From an uncultured delta proteobacterium (GTDB taxonomy: Bacteria > Myxococcota > Myxococcia > Myxococcales > Anaeromyxobacteraceae), in NCBI GenBank assembly GCA_963828255.1, contig CAWHDZ010000011.1, positions 32,001 to 96,000 on the forward strand: a stretch of DNA of 64,000 nt, given 5' to 3'. The notes below the pieces were generated by a model. It was not told the origin of the DNA and ran no database searches. It worked only from the letters and a program-made list of their open reading frames with translations. The position numbers were made by a program, and so were the translations under genes. This document shows positions 10,745 to 19,949 of the stretch, piece after piece; within the stretch, counting starts at the first letter, position 1; every line of letters starts with the position of its first letter.

Positions 10745-12565
10745 GTGGCGGTACTGATCCTGAAGGACGGCGAAGGCGCCCCCCGGTCGGTCCGGCTCAC
10801 CCGCCGGATCAGCACCGTGGGACGGGACCCCGAAAGCGACCTGCACATCGACGACCCGGCGCTGCCTCCGACCGCGTTCCACGTCCTCGCCGATGGCGAC
10901 GCCTTCACCGTCGCAGCCCACGGCGGCTGCGAGCTGACGGTGAACGGGCGGCGCCGCACGACCTGCCGCCTGGCGGCCGGCGACGTCCTGCGCGCGGGGA
11001 GCCACGAGCTGGTCTTCTCCCCGCTCCCCCCGCCGCCCGCCCCGGCCGGACCGGCCGGACCGACGGTCCGGGAGGAGCCGCTCGTCCGCTTCTCCCGCCG
11101 GCTGCTCGAGGCCGGCTCGCTCGAGAGCCTTCTCGACGCCCTCCTCGACGCGCTCCTCGAGGTGACCCGCGCCGACAAGGGCTTCGTGATCGAGCTCTCC
11201 GACGGGAGGCCGGAGGTGCGTGCCTCCCGGAACGTCGCCCCGGTAAGCGTCGAGGACGCGGTCTCCCGCGTCTCCGACTCCATCCTCCAGAGGGTCCTCT
11301 CCACCCGCCGTCCGCTGGTGGTGGCCGACGCCCTCCACGACGCGGAGTGGTCGAGCTCCGCGTCGGTCGTGGACCTGCGGCTCCAGTCGGTGATGTGCGC
11401 GCCCCTCGTGGCCCGCGGGGAGATCTTCGGCGCCATCTACCTGGGCAACGACAGCGTCCGGAACCTCTTCGACGAGCGCTCCCTCGAGACCCTCACCGTC
11501 TTCTCGTCGCAGGCCTCGCTGCTCCTCCAGAACGCCCTCCTCCTCCGGGACCTCCGCCGCGAGAACGAGGCGCTCCGCGAGGCCATCGAGAGCCGGCGCT
11601 ACGGCGAGCTCCTGGGCGCCGGGCCGAGCATGCGCGAGGTCTACCGGCGCATCGAGAAGGTGGCGCCCACCGACGTCACCGTGCTCATCCAGGGGGAGAC
11701 CGGGACCGGGAAGGAGCTGGTGGCCCGGGAGATCCACCGGCGCTCCCCGCGCGGAGTGGGGCCGTTCGTGGCCGTGAACTGCGCGGCCATCCCCGAGGGG
11801 TTGCTGGAGTCCGAGCTCTTCGGCCACGTGAAGGGGGCCTTCACCGGCGCCGTGGCCAGCCGCGCCGGCCGCTTCCAGGCCGCCTCGGGCGGCACGCTCT
11901 TCCTCGACGAGATCGGGGAGATGCCGCCCTCGCTCCAGGTGAAGCTCCTGCGGGCCATCCAGGAGCGGGTCGTGCAGCGGGTCGGCGAGTCCCGCGGTGA
12001 GCCGGTGGACATCCGGGTGCTGGCAGCCACCAACCGGAACCTGGAGGACGAGGTCCGGTCCGGACGCTTCCGCGAGGATCTCTACTACCGCCTCCACGTC
12101 GTCACCATCGACCTGCCTCCTCTCCGGGAGCGCGGAGACGACGTCACGGTCCTGGCCCGCTGGTTCCTGCAGCGCTACGCGGACGAGTTCGATTCGCGAG
12201 CCCGCGGGTTCGCGCCCGGCGCGCTCGCCGCGCTGCGGCGGTACCCCTGGCCCGGCAACATCCGCGAGCTCGAGAACCGCGTGAAGAAGGCGGCCGTGCT
12301 GGCCGACGGCCCGCTGGTGACCGGCGAGGACCTCGACCTGGGCCAGGAGGGTCTCGAATCCACCCTGCCGCTGGCCGACGCGATCGAGGAGTTCCGGAAG
12401 CGCTACATCAGCGAGACGCTGGAGCGAAACGGCGGCAACCGCACCAAGACGGCGAAGGACCTCGACGTGGACCCACGCACCATCTTCCGCCACCTCGAGA
12501 AGCTCGAGTCGGAGCGGCGCGGCGGCCCTTTGCCGCCCGGAACGAAGACCGGAGGGGAACCTTGA
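10745..12565 (+). CDS. Sigma-54 enhancer-binding protein with FHA-GAF-AAA+-HTH architecture
   Basis: GETGTGKE, ESELFGHVKGAFTGA, LFLDEIGE, FREDLYYRL, WPGNIREL, Fis-type HTH; N-terminal FHA-like and GAF (SVMCAPL) domains. Confidence 0.95.
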   Translation: MAVLILKDGEGAPRSVRLTRRISTVGRDPESDLHIDDPALPPTAFHVLADGDAFTVAAHGGCELTVNGRRRTTCRLAAGDVLRAGSHELVFSPLPPPPAPAGPAGPTVREEPLVRFSRRLLEAGSLESLLDALLDALLEVTRADKGFVIELSDGRPEVRASRNVAPVSVEDAVSRVSDSILQRVLSTRRPLVVADALHDAEWSSSASVVDLRLQSVMCAPLVARGEIFGAIYLGNDSVRNLFDERSLETLTVFSSQASLLLQNALLLRDLRRENEALREAIESRRYGELLGAGPSMREVYRRIEKVAPTDVTVLIQGETGTGKELVAREIHRRSPRGVGPFVAVNCAAIPEGLLESELFGHVKGAFTGAVASRAGRFQAASGGTLFLDEIGEMPPSLQVKLLRAIQERVVQRVGESRGEPVDIRVLAATNRNLEDEVRSGRFREDLYYRLHVVTIDLPPLRERGDDVTVLARWFLQRYADEFDSRARGFAPGALAALRRYPWPGNIRELENRVKKAAVLADGPLVTGEDLDLGQEGLESTLPLADAIEEFRKRYISETLERNGGNRTKTAKDLDVDPRTIFRHLEKLESERRGGPLPPGTKTGGEP

Positions 12566-13155
12566 ACCGCGCAGCCTCCCGTGTCGGCGCCCTCTTGCTC
12601 GCCACCCTGGCCGGGGGAGCGGTGCTGGGGGGGTGCCCCATCCCGCAGCCCCTCCCCGGCGTCGGTTCCATCGACGGCGGCCTGCCCATCACGCCCCCGC
12701 GCGTCCTGACGACGAGCGCGGAGCCGGGGCTCGCCATGACCGACTACCGGACGGCGGCGTCGGCGACGCCCTGCCCGCCCGGGTCGATCTTCGAGGTGTC
12801 GGCCACGGTGATCGACGAGAACAGCGAGGAGCCGGTGGAGGTCCGATGGTTCGTGGACTACGACCCGGACAACCAGCTGCAGCGCACCCCGCTCCAGATC
12901 GAGACCTTGCCGCCGCCCGCCGATCCCCAGCAGTTCCGGCGCTTCCCGAGCCCCTTCCCCTTCTCGCCCTGGGACTTCGATCGGCCCACCGAGCGCGTCC
13001 ACGTGGTCGAGTTGACGGTCTCGAACGGCTTCTTGCCCGTCGGCGCGGTCGTCCCGCCCGGGGACCTTCCCAACCGGACCGCCGCACCCGGCTACGAGGT
13101 GCAGATCTTCCGCTGGATCTTCCAGCCGTCGGCCACGGGCGGGTGCGGACCATAG
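12562..13155 (+). CDS. Putative lipoprotein
   Basis: TTG start overlaps the EBP stop, GGAGGG RBS; signal ending LGGC. Confidence 0.75.
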   Translation: MNRAASRVGALLLATLAGGAVLGGCPIPQPLPGVGSIDGGLPITPPRVLTTSAEPGLAMTDYRTAASATPCPPGSIFEVSATVIDENSEEPVEVRWFVDYDPDNQLQRTPLQIETLPPPADPQQFRRFPSPFPFSPWDFDRPTERVHVVELTVSNGFLPVGAVVPPGDLPNRTAAPGYEVQIFRWIFQPSATGGCGP

Positions 13156-13171
13156 GGCCCGCGCCTCCAGG

Positions 13172-13705
13172 CTATCGGGTGGGGTGGGCCGCCTCGCGGG
13201 CGTGGGACATGGCCTCGGCCGCGGCGCGGGCCAGGTCGCCGTTCTCGTCGGCGAAGCGGTTCACCTGGGCGGTATAGGCGCGGTGGAGCGCCAGCATGGC
13301 GTCGCGTGCCGCCGCCATGTCGGCCCGCTCCACGGCCCATTCACCCTTGGTCAAGTCGAGCCGGCAGCGGTCGGAGAGATCCTCCACCCGCTCCTCCCAG
13401 CGCGGCGCCCACTCGCGCCAGGCGGCCAGCGGCATGGGCCCCTCGAAGTTGGTGCCCATGGCCCAGGCGCGCTGGTTCTGCTCCACGTACAGGGCATCCA
13501 GGTCGTCCATGCAGACCCGGAGCGTCGCCCGGGTCGGGATGGCGGTCTTCGACGCCGGAGGGGCACGGCGCTCCCGCCCGCGGAGCGTCTTCACCACGCT
13601 CACCGCAAAGAAGCCGACCGCGATGGCGATGGCCAGGAAGTAGAGGATCCACGCGGCCATGCGATACGGCCGGAGCTTCGGGTCGCGCGTTGCCACGGCG
13701 CGCAA
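13172..13705 (-). CDS. Hypothetical protein with N-terminal TM helix
   Basis: TM WILYFLAIAIAVGFFAV, helical domain with two Cys; high GC3. Start may be downstream. Confidence 0.7.
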   Translation of the reverse strand: MRAVATRDPKLRPYRMAAWILYFLAIAIAVGFFAVSVVKTLRGRERRAPPASKTAIPTRATLRVCMDDLDALYVEQNQRAWAMGTNFEGPMPLAAWREWAPRWEERVEDLSDRCRLDLTKGEWAVERADMAAARDAMLALHRAYTAQVNRFADENGDLARAAAEAMSHAREAAHPTR

Positions 13706-13845
13706 TTTGCCATCAGCGCCCCCGCGGAGTCCAGCGTTTCAAACGTGAAATGTTAAGATTCATTAATGAAATTGGAATGTGACCCGACGCGGTCTCCTTT
13801 GGGGGTCCCGCATCGTGATTTCAGGGTGTTGGCCGGTGTCATGTA

Positions 13846-13862
13846 TTGGCCCCTACCTTGCT
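13846..13862 (+). promoter_or_regulatory. Sigma-54 (RpoN) -24/-12 promoter
   Basis: TTGGCCCCTACCTTGCT: GG at 13848-49 and GC at 13860-61 separated by exactly 10 nt; AT-rich upstream region. Confidence 0.7.
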
Positions 13863-13872
13863 AAATAAGCAA

Positions 13873-14020
13873 TTCGAAGCGCTGCGGGCCAGTGTAGGCA
13901 TCTCCCCCCCCGCATCCTGTGCCGGTCATGCGGCGCTTCGGCAACACGGGAGGAGGCTTCCGGTCGGGACAACGCGTCCGACATCCAGCAGCCGGCCGGA
14001 AGCCCGCCCACTCCCCTCCG
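13873..14020 (+). ncRNA. Candidate sigma-54-dependent small RNA (two stem-loops, C-rich loop)
   Basis: Stem 13875-13898/13916-13940 with loop CATCTCCCCCCCCGCAT; second stem 13955-13967/13992-14004; no credible ORF; starts about 12 nt after the -12 GC. Confidence 0.5.
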
Positions 14021-15814
14021 TCAGCGCCGTCCTACCCGCCGCTCCAGCTCGGCCAGCGGCAGTTCCACGACCACCGGCCGGCCGTGTGGACACCTGGCCT
14101 TGAAGTCGATGGCGTCGAGCCCGTCGAGCAGGGCGCGGGCCTCCTCCCGGGTGAGGTCCTGGTTGGCGCGTACGGCGGCGTGGCAGGCCATGGTGGCGAG
14201 CAGACCGTCGAGGGCCTCGCCGACCGCGCTTCCCCGCCCCGCCTCCTCGACCTGCTCGGCCAGGTCGGTGAGGAGCGGACCCATGGCCGCCCCGCCGAGG
14301 AGCGCCGGTGCGCTCTTCACCGCGAAGGCGTCCCCGCCGAAGGGCTCGACTTCCAGGCCGACCGTCGCCAGGTCCCCCACGGCCCCCTCGACCATCCGCG
14401 CGGCCGAGGGCGTCAGCGTGACCACCGGAGGAACCAGGAAGGGCTGCACCTCGAGCTGGCGGTGGCGGAGCGCTTCCCGGAGGCGGTGGAAGAGGAGCCG
14501 CTCGTGGCTGGCGTGCTGGTCGATGACCACCAGCGCACCCCCGGGCGCCTCGCAGACCAGGTAGGTCCGGACGTGCTGGCCGACGTAGCGCATCGAGCCG
14601 AAGTAGCCGGCCGGCTGCGCGGGCGTCGGCCCGGGCGAGGAGGCGTGGGCTGCGCCAGGACCGGGACCGGCCGGAGCGGGAAACGGAAGCATGTCCCGCG
14701 ACCGCTCCGCCGTCCGCTCCCGGGCTGCCGCCAGGACGCCGGCGATGTCGTCCACGTCCGGCTCGGCGGCCACCGGGGCTGGAGGGAGGGCGCCATCGCC
14801 CCCGTGGTGGAGCCAGGGCGACGGGCGGAGCGCCTCGCTCACCGCGTGGTGGACGGCGTCGCTGGCGGCCCGCGCGTCCTGGAAGCGCACCTCGAGCTTC
14901 TGGGGGTGGACGTTCACGTCGACCCGGTCGAGCGGAAGCTCGAGGAAGAGGACGCCGGCCGGCTGCCGGCCAGCCGGGAGGGACCCGGCGTAGGCGCGCA
15001 GGACGCCGTAGGCCAGCGCCCGGTCGCGGATGAAGCGGCCGTTCACGAAGAGGTAGAGGCCGCGCGCCGTGGCCGCGGAGTGGTCGGGGGAGGTGACCAC
15101 CCCGTGGACGCGCACGTCTCCCCGGGCGGCGTCCACCCGCACGAGCCTGCGGGCCGCCTCCCGCCCCAGCGCGATGGCCGCCCGCTCCTCGGGAGAGGCG
15201 CCCGCCGCGGTGGCGATGGCCGCGCGCCCACCCGAACGGAGCGTGAACCCGACGTCGGGCCGGGCCAGCGCCACGCGGACCACCGCCTCGCTGGCGTGGC
15301 CGGACTCGGCCGGCGCCGACTTCATGAACTTCCGGCGGGCCGGGGTGTTGAAGAAGAGGTCGCGGACCTCGACCGTGGTGCCGCGCGCCCGCGCCACTTC
15401 CTCGACCGCCTCGACGCGCCCCCCCTCGAGCGCGATGCGCGTACCCACCACCGCGCCAGCGGGCCCTTCCGGACAGGTGTCGATGCGCATCCGGCAGACC
15501 GACGCGATCGCCGGGATGGCCTCGCCCCGGAAGCCCATGGTGGCGATGGAGGCGAGGCCGCCCGCGTCGCGGAGCTTGGAGGTGGCGTGGCGCTCCAGCG
15601 AGAGCAGGGCGTCCTCGCGCTCCATCCCCGACCCGTCGTCGGTGACCCGAACCAGGGTGAGCCCGCCGTCCTCCAGGTCCACCTGGATCGACCGGGCCCC
15701 CGCGTCGAGGGCGTTCTCGAGCAACTCCTTCACCACCGACGCCGGGCGCTCGACCACCTCACCGGCGGCGATCTGGTTCACGAGCCCGGGCGGGAGCACC
15801 TGGATGCGCGTCAC
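14021..15814 (-). CDS. mutL: DNA mismatch repair endonuclease MutL
   Basis: [64 protein letters not shown] before GTG 15814. Confidence 0.97.
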   Translation of the reverse strand: MTRIQVLPPGLVNQIAAGEVVERPASVVKELLENALDAGARSIQVDLEDGGLTLVRVTDDGSGMEREDALLSLERHATSKLRDAGGLASIATMGFRGEAIPAIASVCRMRIDTCPEGPAGAVVGTRIALEGGRVEAVEEVARARGTTVEVRDLFFNTPARRKFMKSAPAESGHASEAVVRVALARPDVGFTLRSGGRAAIATAAGASPEERAAIALGREAARRLVRVDAARGDVRVHGVVTSPDHSAATARGLYLFVNGRFIRDRALAYGVLRAYAGSLPAGRQPAGVLFLELPLDRVDVNVHPQKLEVRFQDARAASDAVHHAVSEALRPSPWLHHGGDGALPPAPVAAEPDVDDIAGVLAAARERTAERSRDMLPFPAPAGPGPGAAHASSPGPTPAQPAGYFGSMRYVGQHVRTYLVCEAPGGALVVIDQHASHERLLFHRLREALRHRQLEVQPFLVPPVVTLTPSAARMVEGAVGDLATVGLEVEPFGGDAFAVKSAPALLGGAAMGPLLTDLAEQVEEAGRGSAVGEALDGLLATMACHAAVRANQDLTREEARALLDGLDAIDFKARCPHGRPVVVELPLAELERRVGRR

Positions 15815-15879
15815 GCCTCCGTCGTACCACGCCGATCCGACCGTTTGACGGGGGCACCCTTCCCCTGTACGAAACCGGG

Positions 15880-16977
15880 ATGGCATCGAGGAAGCGGAAG
15901 CCCGCCCGCGCGGCCCAGCCCCGGCGTCCGGTCCTCGGAAACGATCCGTTCGAGCGGGGCGCGGCGGAGCGCCCGTCCACGCCCGACCCCGTTCCAGCGC
16001 CTCCTCCTGCCGCGGCCCGTCCCCCCGCGCCGCCCCGGGACGCGCCCCCGGAGCCGCCGCTGGGCGACGGCGAGGCCCGGCTCGCCGAGGTGGCTCGCTC
16101 GACCGGCGCCGCCGCCTATACCGAGGAGCTGCGCGAGCTGCTCGTCCGGCTGCGTCCGGCCCTGCGTGACGCGCTCGCGCCGCTGGCGGCGCTCGCCACC
16201 CTGCTCGGGTCCCCGGCCCGGCTCGACGAGCACGGCATGGACCCCGACCTGCTGGTCCGGGGGCGCGCGGTCCTCGACTTCTTCCTCGGGTCCTGGTGGC
16301 GCGTGGACGTCCACGGCGCCGACCTCTTGCCCGACGAGCCCTTCGTGCTGGTGGCGAACCACGGAGGAACGGTCCACTGGGACGCGGCCGTGCTCCGGAC
16401 CACGCTGGCGCGCCAGGTCACCCCGCGGGAGCTGCGTCCGCTGCTCGACCCGCGCGCACTCCAGGCCCCCCTGGTCGGCCCGTTCCTGGTCCGGATGGGC
16501 GCGGCGCCGCTGAGGGCCGACGTGGCGCTCTCGCTCCTCGACCGCGGCTCGAGCATCTGCCTCTTCCCGGAGGGACCGCGCGAGGAGCCTCGCCCCTGGG
16601 CGGACCGCTACCGGGTGACCCGCTTCGGACGCGGCGGTTTCGCCCGCATCGCCGCACTGGCGCGGGCGCCCATCGTCCCCTGCGCCATCGTGGGGAGCGA
16701 GGAGGCGGCGGCGCCCTTCGACCGCCGGGGGTGGATGGCCGAGTCGCTCCACCTGCCCCTGCTCGCGCTGGCCCCGCCGCTGCCGCTGGCCGGGCTGCTC
16801 TCCTGGCTCCCGCTGCCCTCCCGGTGGTCGATCCGGTTCGGCCAGCCCGTCGCTCCGCCCCCGCCCGAGCGGGCCGAGGACGCGGTGGCGGTCGCAGCCG
16901 CGGGAGAGCGGGTGCGCGCCGAGCTACAGCGCATGCTCGACGCCGACCTCGCGTCCCGCCGCTCCGTCTTCCTTTGA
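15880..16977 (+). CDS. PlsC-like lysophospholipid/glycerol acyltransferase
   Basis: NHGGTVHWD (HX4D), [14 protein letters not shown]. Confidence 0.88.
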   Translation: MASRKRKPARAAQPRRPVLGNDPFERGAAERPSTPDPVPAPPPAAARPPAPPRDAPPEPPLGDGEARLAEVARSTGAAAYTEELRELLVRLRPALRDALAPLAALATLLGSPARLDEHGMDPDLLVRGRAVLDFFLGSWWRVDVHGADLLPDEPFVLVANHGGTVHWDAAVLRTTLARQVTPRELRPLLDPRALQAPLVGPFLVRMGAAPLRADVALSLLDRGSSICLFPEGPREEPRPWADRYRVTRFGRGGFARIAALARAPIVPCAIVGSEEAAAPFDRRGWMAESLHLPLLALAPPLPLAGLLSWLPLPSRWSIRFGQPVAPPPPERAEDAVAVAAAGERVRAELQRMLDADLASRRSVFL

Positions 16978-17835
16978 TCCGACCGGCGTGGGGAGCCGGC
17001 CGGCGCGCACGTGGGGCGGAGGGGTGCGCAGGTCCCACACCAGGCCGGTGGCGGAGAGCACCCGGAGCGCCAGGTAGGAGATGTCGAGCTCCCACCAGAA
17101 CCAGCCCTGGTTGGCGGTGCTGGCGTAGAAGTGGTGGTTGTTGTGCCACCCTTCACCGAAGGTGAGGAGCGCGAGGACGGGGTTGTTGCGCGAGTCGTCG
17201 CCGGTGGGGTAGCGGCGCGAACCGAGGACGTGCGCCACCGAGTTGATCGAGAAGGTGACGTGCCAGGCCACCACCACCGGCACGAAGAAGCCCCAGAGCA
17301 GGGCCGGGAGACCGCCCGCGGCGACGAGGGCCAGGGCGAACGCCAGGGGCACCAGCATCCCGAACCGATCGAGGAAGACCAGCTCCGGGTAGCGGGCCAG
17401 GTCCTTCACCCGGTCGGCGCGGGTCCGGTCGTAGCGGGCCGAGAGGATCCAACCGACGTGGCTCCACCAGAAGCCCCGCTGGACCGGGCTGTGCACGTCC
17501 TTCTCCCCGTCGGAGTAGCGGTGGTGGTCCCGGTGGTGCGCGGCCCACCAGAGGACGCCCTTCTGGACCGAGAGCGTTCCGAGCAGGGCGAGGACGAGCT
17601 GGAAGGCACGGCCGGTCTTGAAGGCGCGGTGGGAGAAGTAGCGGTGGAAGCCGGCGGTGATGCCGAACATGCAGACCGAGTAGACCGCCAGTGCGAGTCC
17701 GGCCAGCCGCCAGGTGGGCGGGACGAGGAACGGGGCGGCCAGCGCGACCGCGTGCACGAGGAGGAAGGGGATCGACTTCACCCACTGGGGGCGGTCGAGG
17801 TCCACGTCTGCGGGGACTTCGGGTGCCTGGGTCAC
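16924..17835 (-). CDS. Delta-9-type acyl-CoA/fatty acid desaturase
   Basis: His boxes HRYFSH, HRDHH, HNNHH. Confidence 0.92.
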   Translation of the reverse strand: MTQAPEVPADVDLDRPQWVKSIPFLLVHAVALAAPFLVPPTWRLAGLALAVYSVCMFGITAGFHRYFSHRAFKTGRAFQLVLALLGTLSVQKGVLWWAAHHRDHHRYSDGEKDVHSPVQRGFWWSHVGWILSARYDRTRADRVKDLARYPELVFLDRFGMLVPLAFALALVAAGGLPALLWGFFVPVVVAWHVTFSINSVAHVLGSRRYPTGDDSRNNPVLALLTFGEGWHNNHHFYASTANQGWFWWELDISYLALRVLSATGLVWDLRTPPPHVRAGRLPTPVGSKEDGAAGREVGVEHAL

Positions 17836-17957
17836 CCCCCCTTCCTAGGCCACGCGTGTCACCACACCGTCACGGTGGATGGGAGCCAACGCGCCCCTTC
17901 CCGAGCCAGCGCCTTTGGGCTATCTTCCACGCTCCCCTGGCCCGAGGTTCTCCCGAG

Positions 17958-18185
17958 ATGGCGCGTGCTTACATCGGCAACACCCCCTGCGAGGTCACGA
18001 TCGACAAGGACCTCGGGGACAGCTGGGCAGTCACCGTGGTCCCCCCGGCGGCGCTTCCCATCCCCGGCGCCAGGGCGCTCTCTCCGCTCGTGGTGAAGCT
18101 CCAGGGCGACGACCGGGAGAAGTGCCTGGCCGGCGGCCTCGAGATCCTCCAGAAGGCCGGGAAGATCGACCGCTTCGACGTCTAG
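17958..18185 (+). CDS. Small hypothetical protein (75 aa)
   Basis: MARAYIGNTPCEVTIDKD... with strong GC3 bias; fills the gap between genes. Confidence 0.7.
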   Translation: MARAYIGNTPCEVTIDKDLGDSWAVTVVPPAALPIPGARALSPLVVKLQGDDREKCLAGGLEILQKAGKIDRFDV

Positions 18186-18937
18186 GGGGAAAGCCCCTCC
18201 GAGCGGACCAGCGCATCCGGCGCGACGGCGGCCAATATGGCCCCAGACGCCTCCTGCACCGCGGCGGCGTCCCTTCCCTCCACGGTGACGCGGACCCGGT
18301 GGTCGGCGCCGTCGAAGCGCGGGTAGCTGCCGATCTCGACGCACGGGTGCGCCTCCGCCACGGCGGAGAGCGGAGCCGCCAGCAGGTCCTCCCCCCAGGA
18401 GAAGTACAGGCTCACCAGGTGGTAGGGCGCTCCGCCCAATAGGTGGGCCACGCGGTCGAACTGGTGGCGCAGGAAGGACGGCACCCCCGGCAGCATCACC
18501 ACCCGGGAGACCACCAGCGTGGGGAACTCCTGGTCGCCGAGCAGCTCGGTTCCCTCGGGCAGGTCGGCCATGCGCAGGGCGGCGGCGGGGAGCACCGCGC
18601 CGGAGTGGTGCCGCGCGTGCATCTCCCGCAGGACCCGCTCCATGCCCGGGTGGCGCACCAGCGGAACCGAAAGGGCCCGGGCCACCGCGGGCAACGTCAC
18701 GTCGTCGTGGGTGGGGCCCACTCCACCGCAGGTGAAGGTCCAGCCGACCCTGCGCCGGTCCAGCAGGAGGGCCTCGACGATGGCGTCGATCCGATCGGGC
18801 ACCACGTGGATGGCGGCGAGCTCGACGCCGAGCTCGTGGAGCCTGCGCGCCAGGAACGGACCGTTCTCGTCCCGCACCTTGGCGGACAGCACCTCGCTGC
18901 CGACGATCACCACCGCCGCCGCGGCGCCGGCGCTCAC
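18182..18937 (-). CDS. CinA-N-terminal / molybdopterin-binding (COG1058) protein
   Basis: IVGSEVLS..D.NG, GGVGPTHDDVT, LPGVP, IGSYP. Confidence 0.88.
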   Translation of the reverse strand: MSAGAAAAVVIVGSEVLSAKVRDENGPFLARRLHELGVELAAIHVVPDRIDAIVEALLLDRRRVGWTFTCGGVGPTHDDVTLPAVARALSVPLVRHPGMERVLREMHARHHSGAVLPAAALRMADLPEGTELLGDQEFPTLVVSRVVMLPGVPSFLRHQFDRVAHLLGGAPYHLVSLYFSWGEDLLAAPLSAVAEAHPCVEIGSYPRFDGADHRVRVTVEGRDAAAVQEASGAILAAVAPDALVRSEGLSP

Positions 18938-19569
18938 GTCGGCACGTTTCCCACCGCGCCCGCCACCTCCTCGGCGACCCGGTCCACCGGCTTCTCCCCG
19001 GAAAGGACGGCGATCCGCTCGCCGGACTCGACCAGGCGGGTGAGCGCCCTCCCGTAGGCGCGGTGCACGCGCCGCTGGAACTCCGGGACCTCGAAGATCT
19101 CGCGCTCGGCCGTGGCGGCGTAGCGGCGCCGCAGGGCCACGGCCGGCCGGACCCGCAGGAAGACGGTCAGGTCGGGGGCGGGAGCCTTTCCGTTGATGGC
19201 GGCAACCCAGGCGGCGTCGCCGGTGGCCACCGCCTGGTAGGCCAGGCTGGAGAGGACGTAGCGGTCCGAGACCACGTCCACCCCGTCCTCCAGGCGCGGA
19301 CGGATCTCGCTCTCCCAGTGGTCGAGCCGGTCGGCCGCGAAGAGGAGCGCCAGCGCCCCCGGGTCGAAGCCGCCGCCGCCGGCTCCGCGGAGACGCCCGG
19401 AGAGCACGTGACGGATCGAGGCTCCCACCGGCCCGCGGGAGGGCTCGGCGGTGAGGTGGACCCGGCGTCCCCGGGAGGAGAGCCAGGCCTGGAGGCGGGC
19501 GGCCTGCGTCGTGGTCCCGGCCCCGTCGAGCCCCTCGAGCACCAGGAACCGTCCGCGCCGCCGGCTCAC
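18934..19569 (-). CDS. tmk: Thymidylate kinase
   Basis: FLVLEGLDGAGTTTQ, EPS, LLFAADR, DRY; GTG start overlaps the upstream stop. Confidence 0.93.
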   Translation of the reverse strand: MSRRRGRFLVLEGLDGAGTTTQAARLQAWLSSRGRRVHLTAEPSRGPVGASIRHVLSGRLRGAGGGGFDPGALALLFAADRLDHWESEIRPRLEDGVDVVSDRYVLSSLAYQAVATGDAAWVAAINGKAPAPDLTVFLRVRPAVALRRRYAATAEREIFEVPEFQRRVHRAYGRALTRLVESGERIAVLSGEKPVDRVAEEVAGAVGNVPT

Positions 19570-19946
19570 GCGTCGATCCCCAGGCGGGCGCGGATCGCGC
19601 GAAGCCGCGCGAAATCGGCGTCCTCCACCTGCATGGCGCGGCGGGCCCGCAGGAATGCGGCCACCGCGAAGACGGCCAGGAAGAGGGCCAGGCCGAGCGC
19701 GGCCAGGAAGAGGAGCGGATAACGCCCGGGAGGACGGACCGGCCGCAGTCCCCATCCCCAACGGTCCCAGGCGAACTTGACGGTGAGTCCCGCCGCCATC
19801 ACCAGGCCGAAGGACGCATAGGCACCCTTGCGGACGTCGTCGATGGAATGGCGGGTGGCCACCCTGCCGGCCAGGACGTCGTGCTCGGCCCGGAGGGCGG
19901 CTTCCTCGGTGGAGGACGGGACCTCCCGGGTGTCGCCCGGCGCCAC
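19566..19946 (-). CDS. Small two-TM membrane protein
   Basis: Two hydrophobic segments; packed between thrC and tmk. Confidence 0.7.
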   Translation of the reverse strand: MAPGDTREVPSSTEEAALRAEHDVLAGRVATRHSIDDVRKGAYASFGLVMAAGLTVKFAWDRWGWGLRPVRPPGRYPLLFLAALGLALFLAVFAVAAFLRARRAMQVEDADFARLRAIRARLGIDA

Positions 19947-19949
19947 CGC

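Noticed and set aside
13846..14103. 85-aa ORF starting at TTG 13846
   Set aside because: Its start lies inside the sigma-54 promoter, it has no RBS, codon usage is poor and it overlaps mutL antisense; a non-coding RNA fits better.
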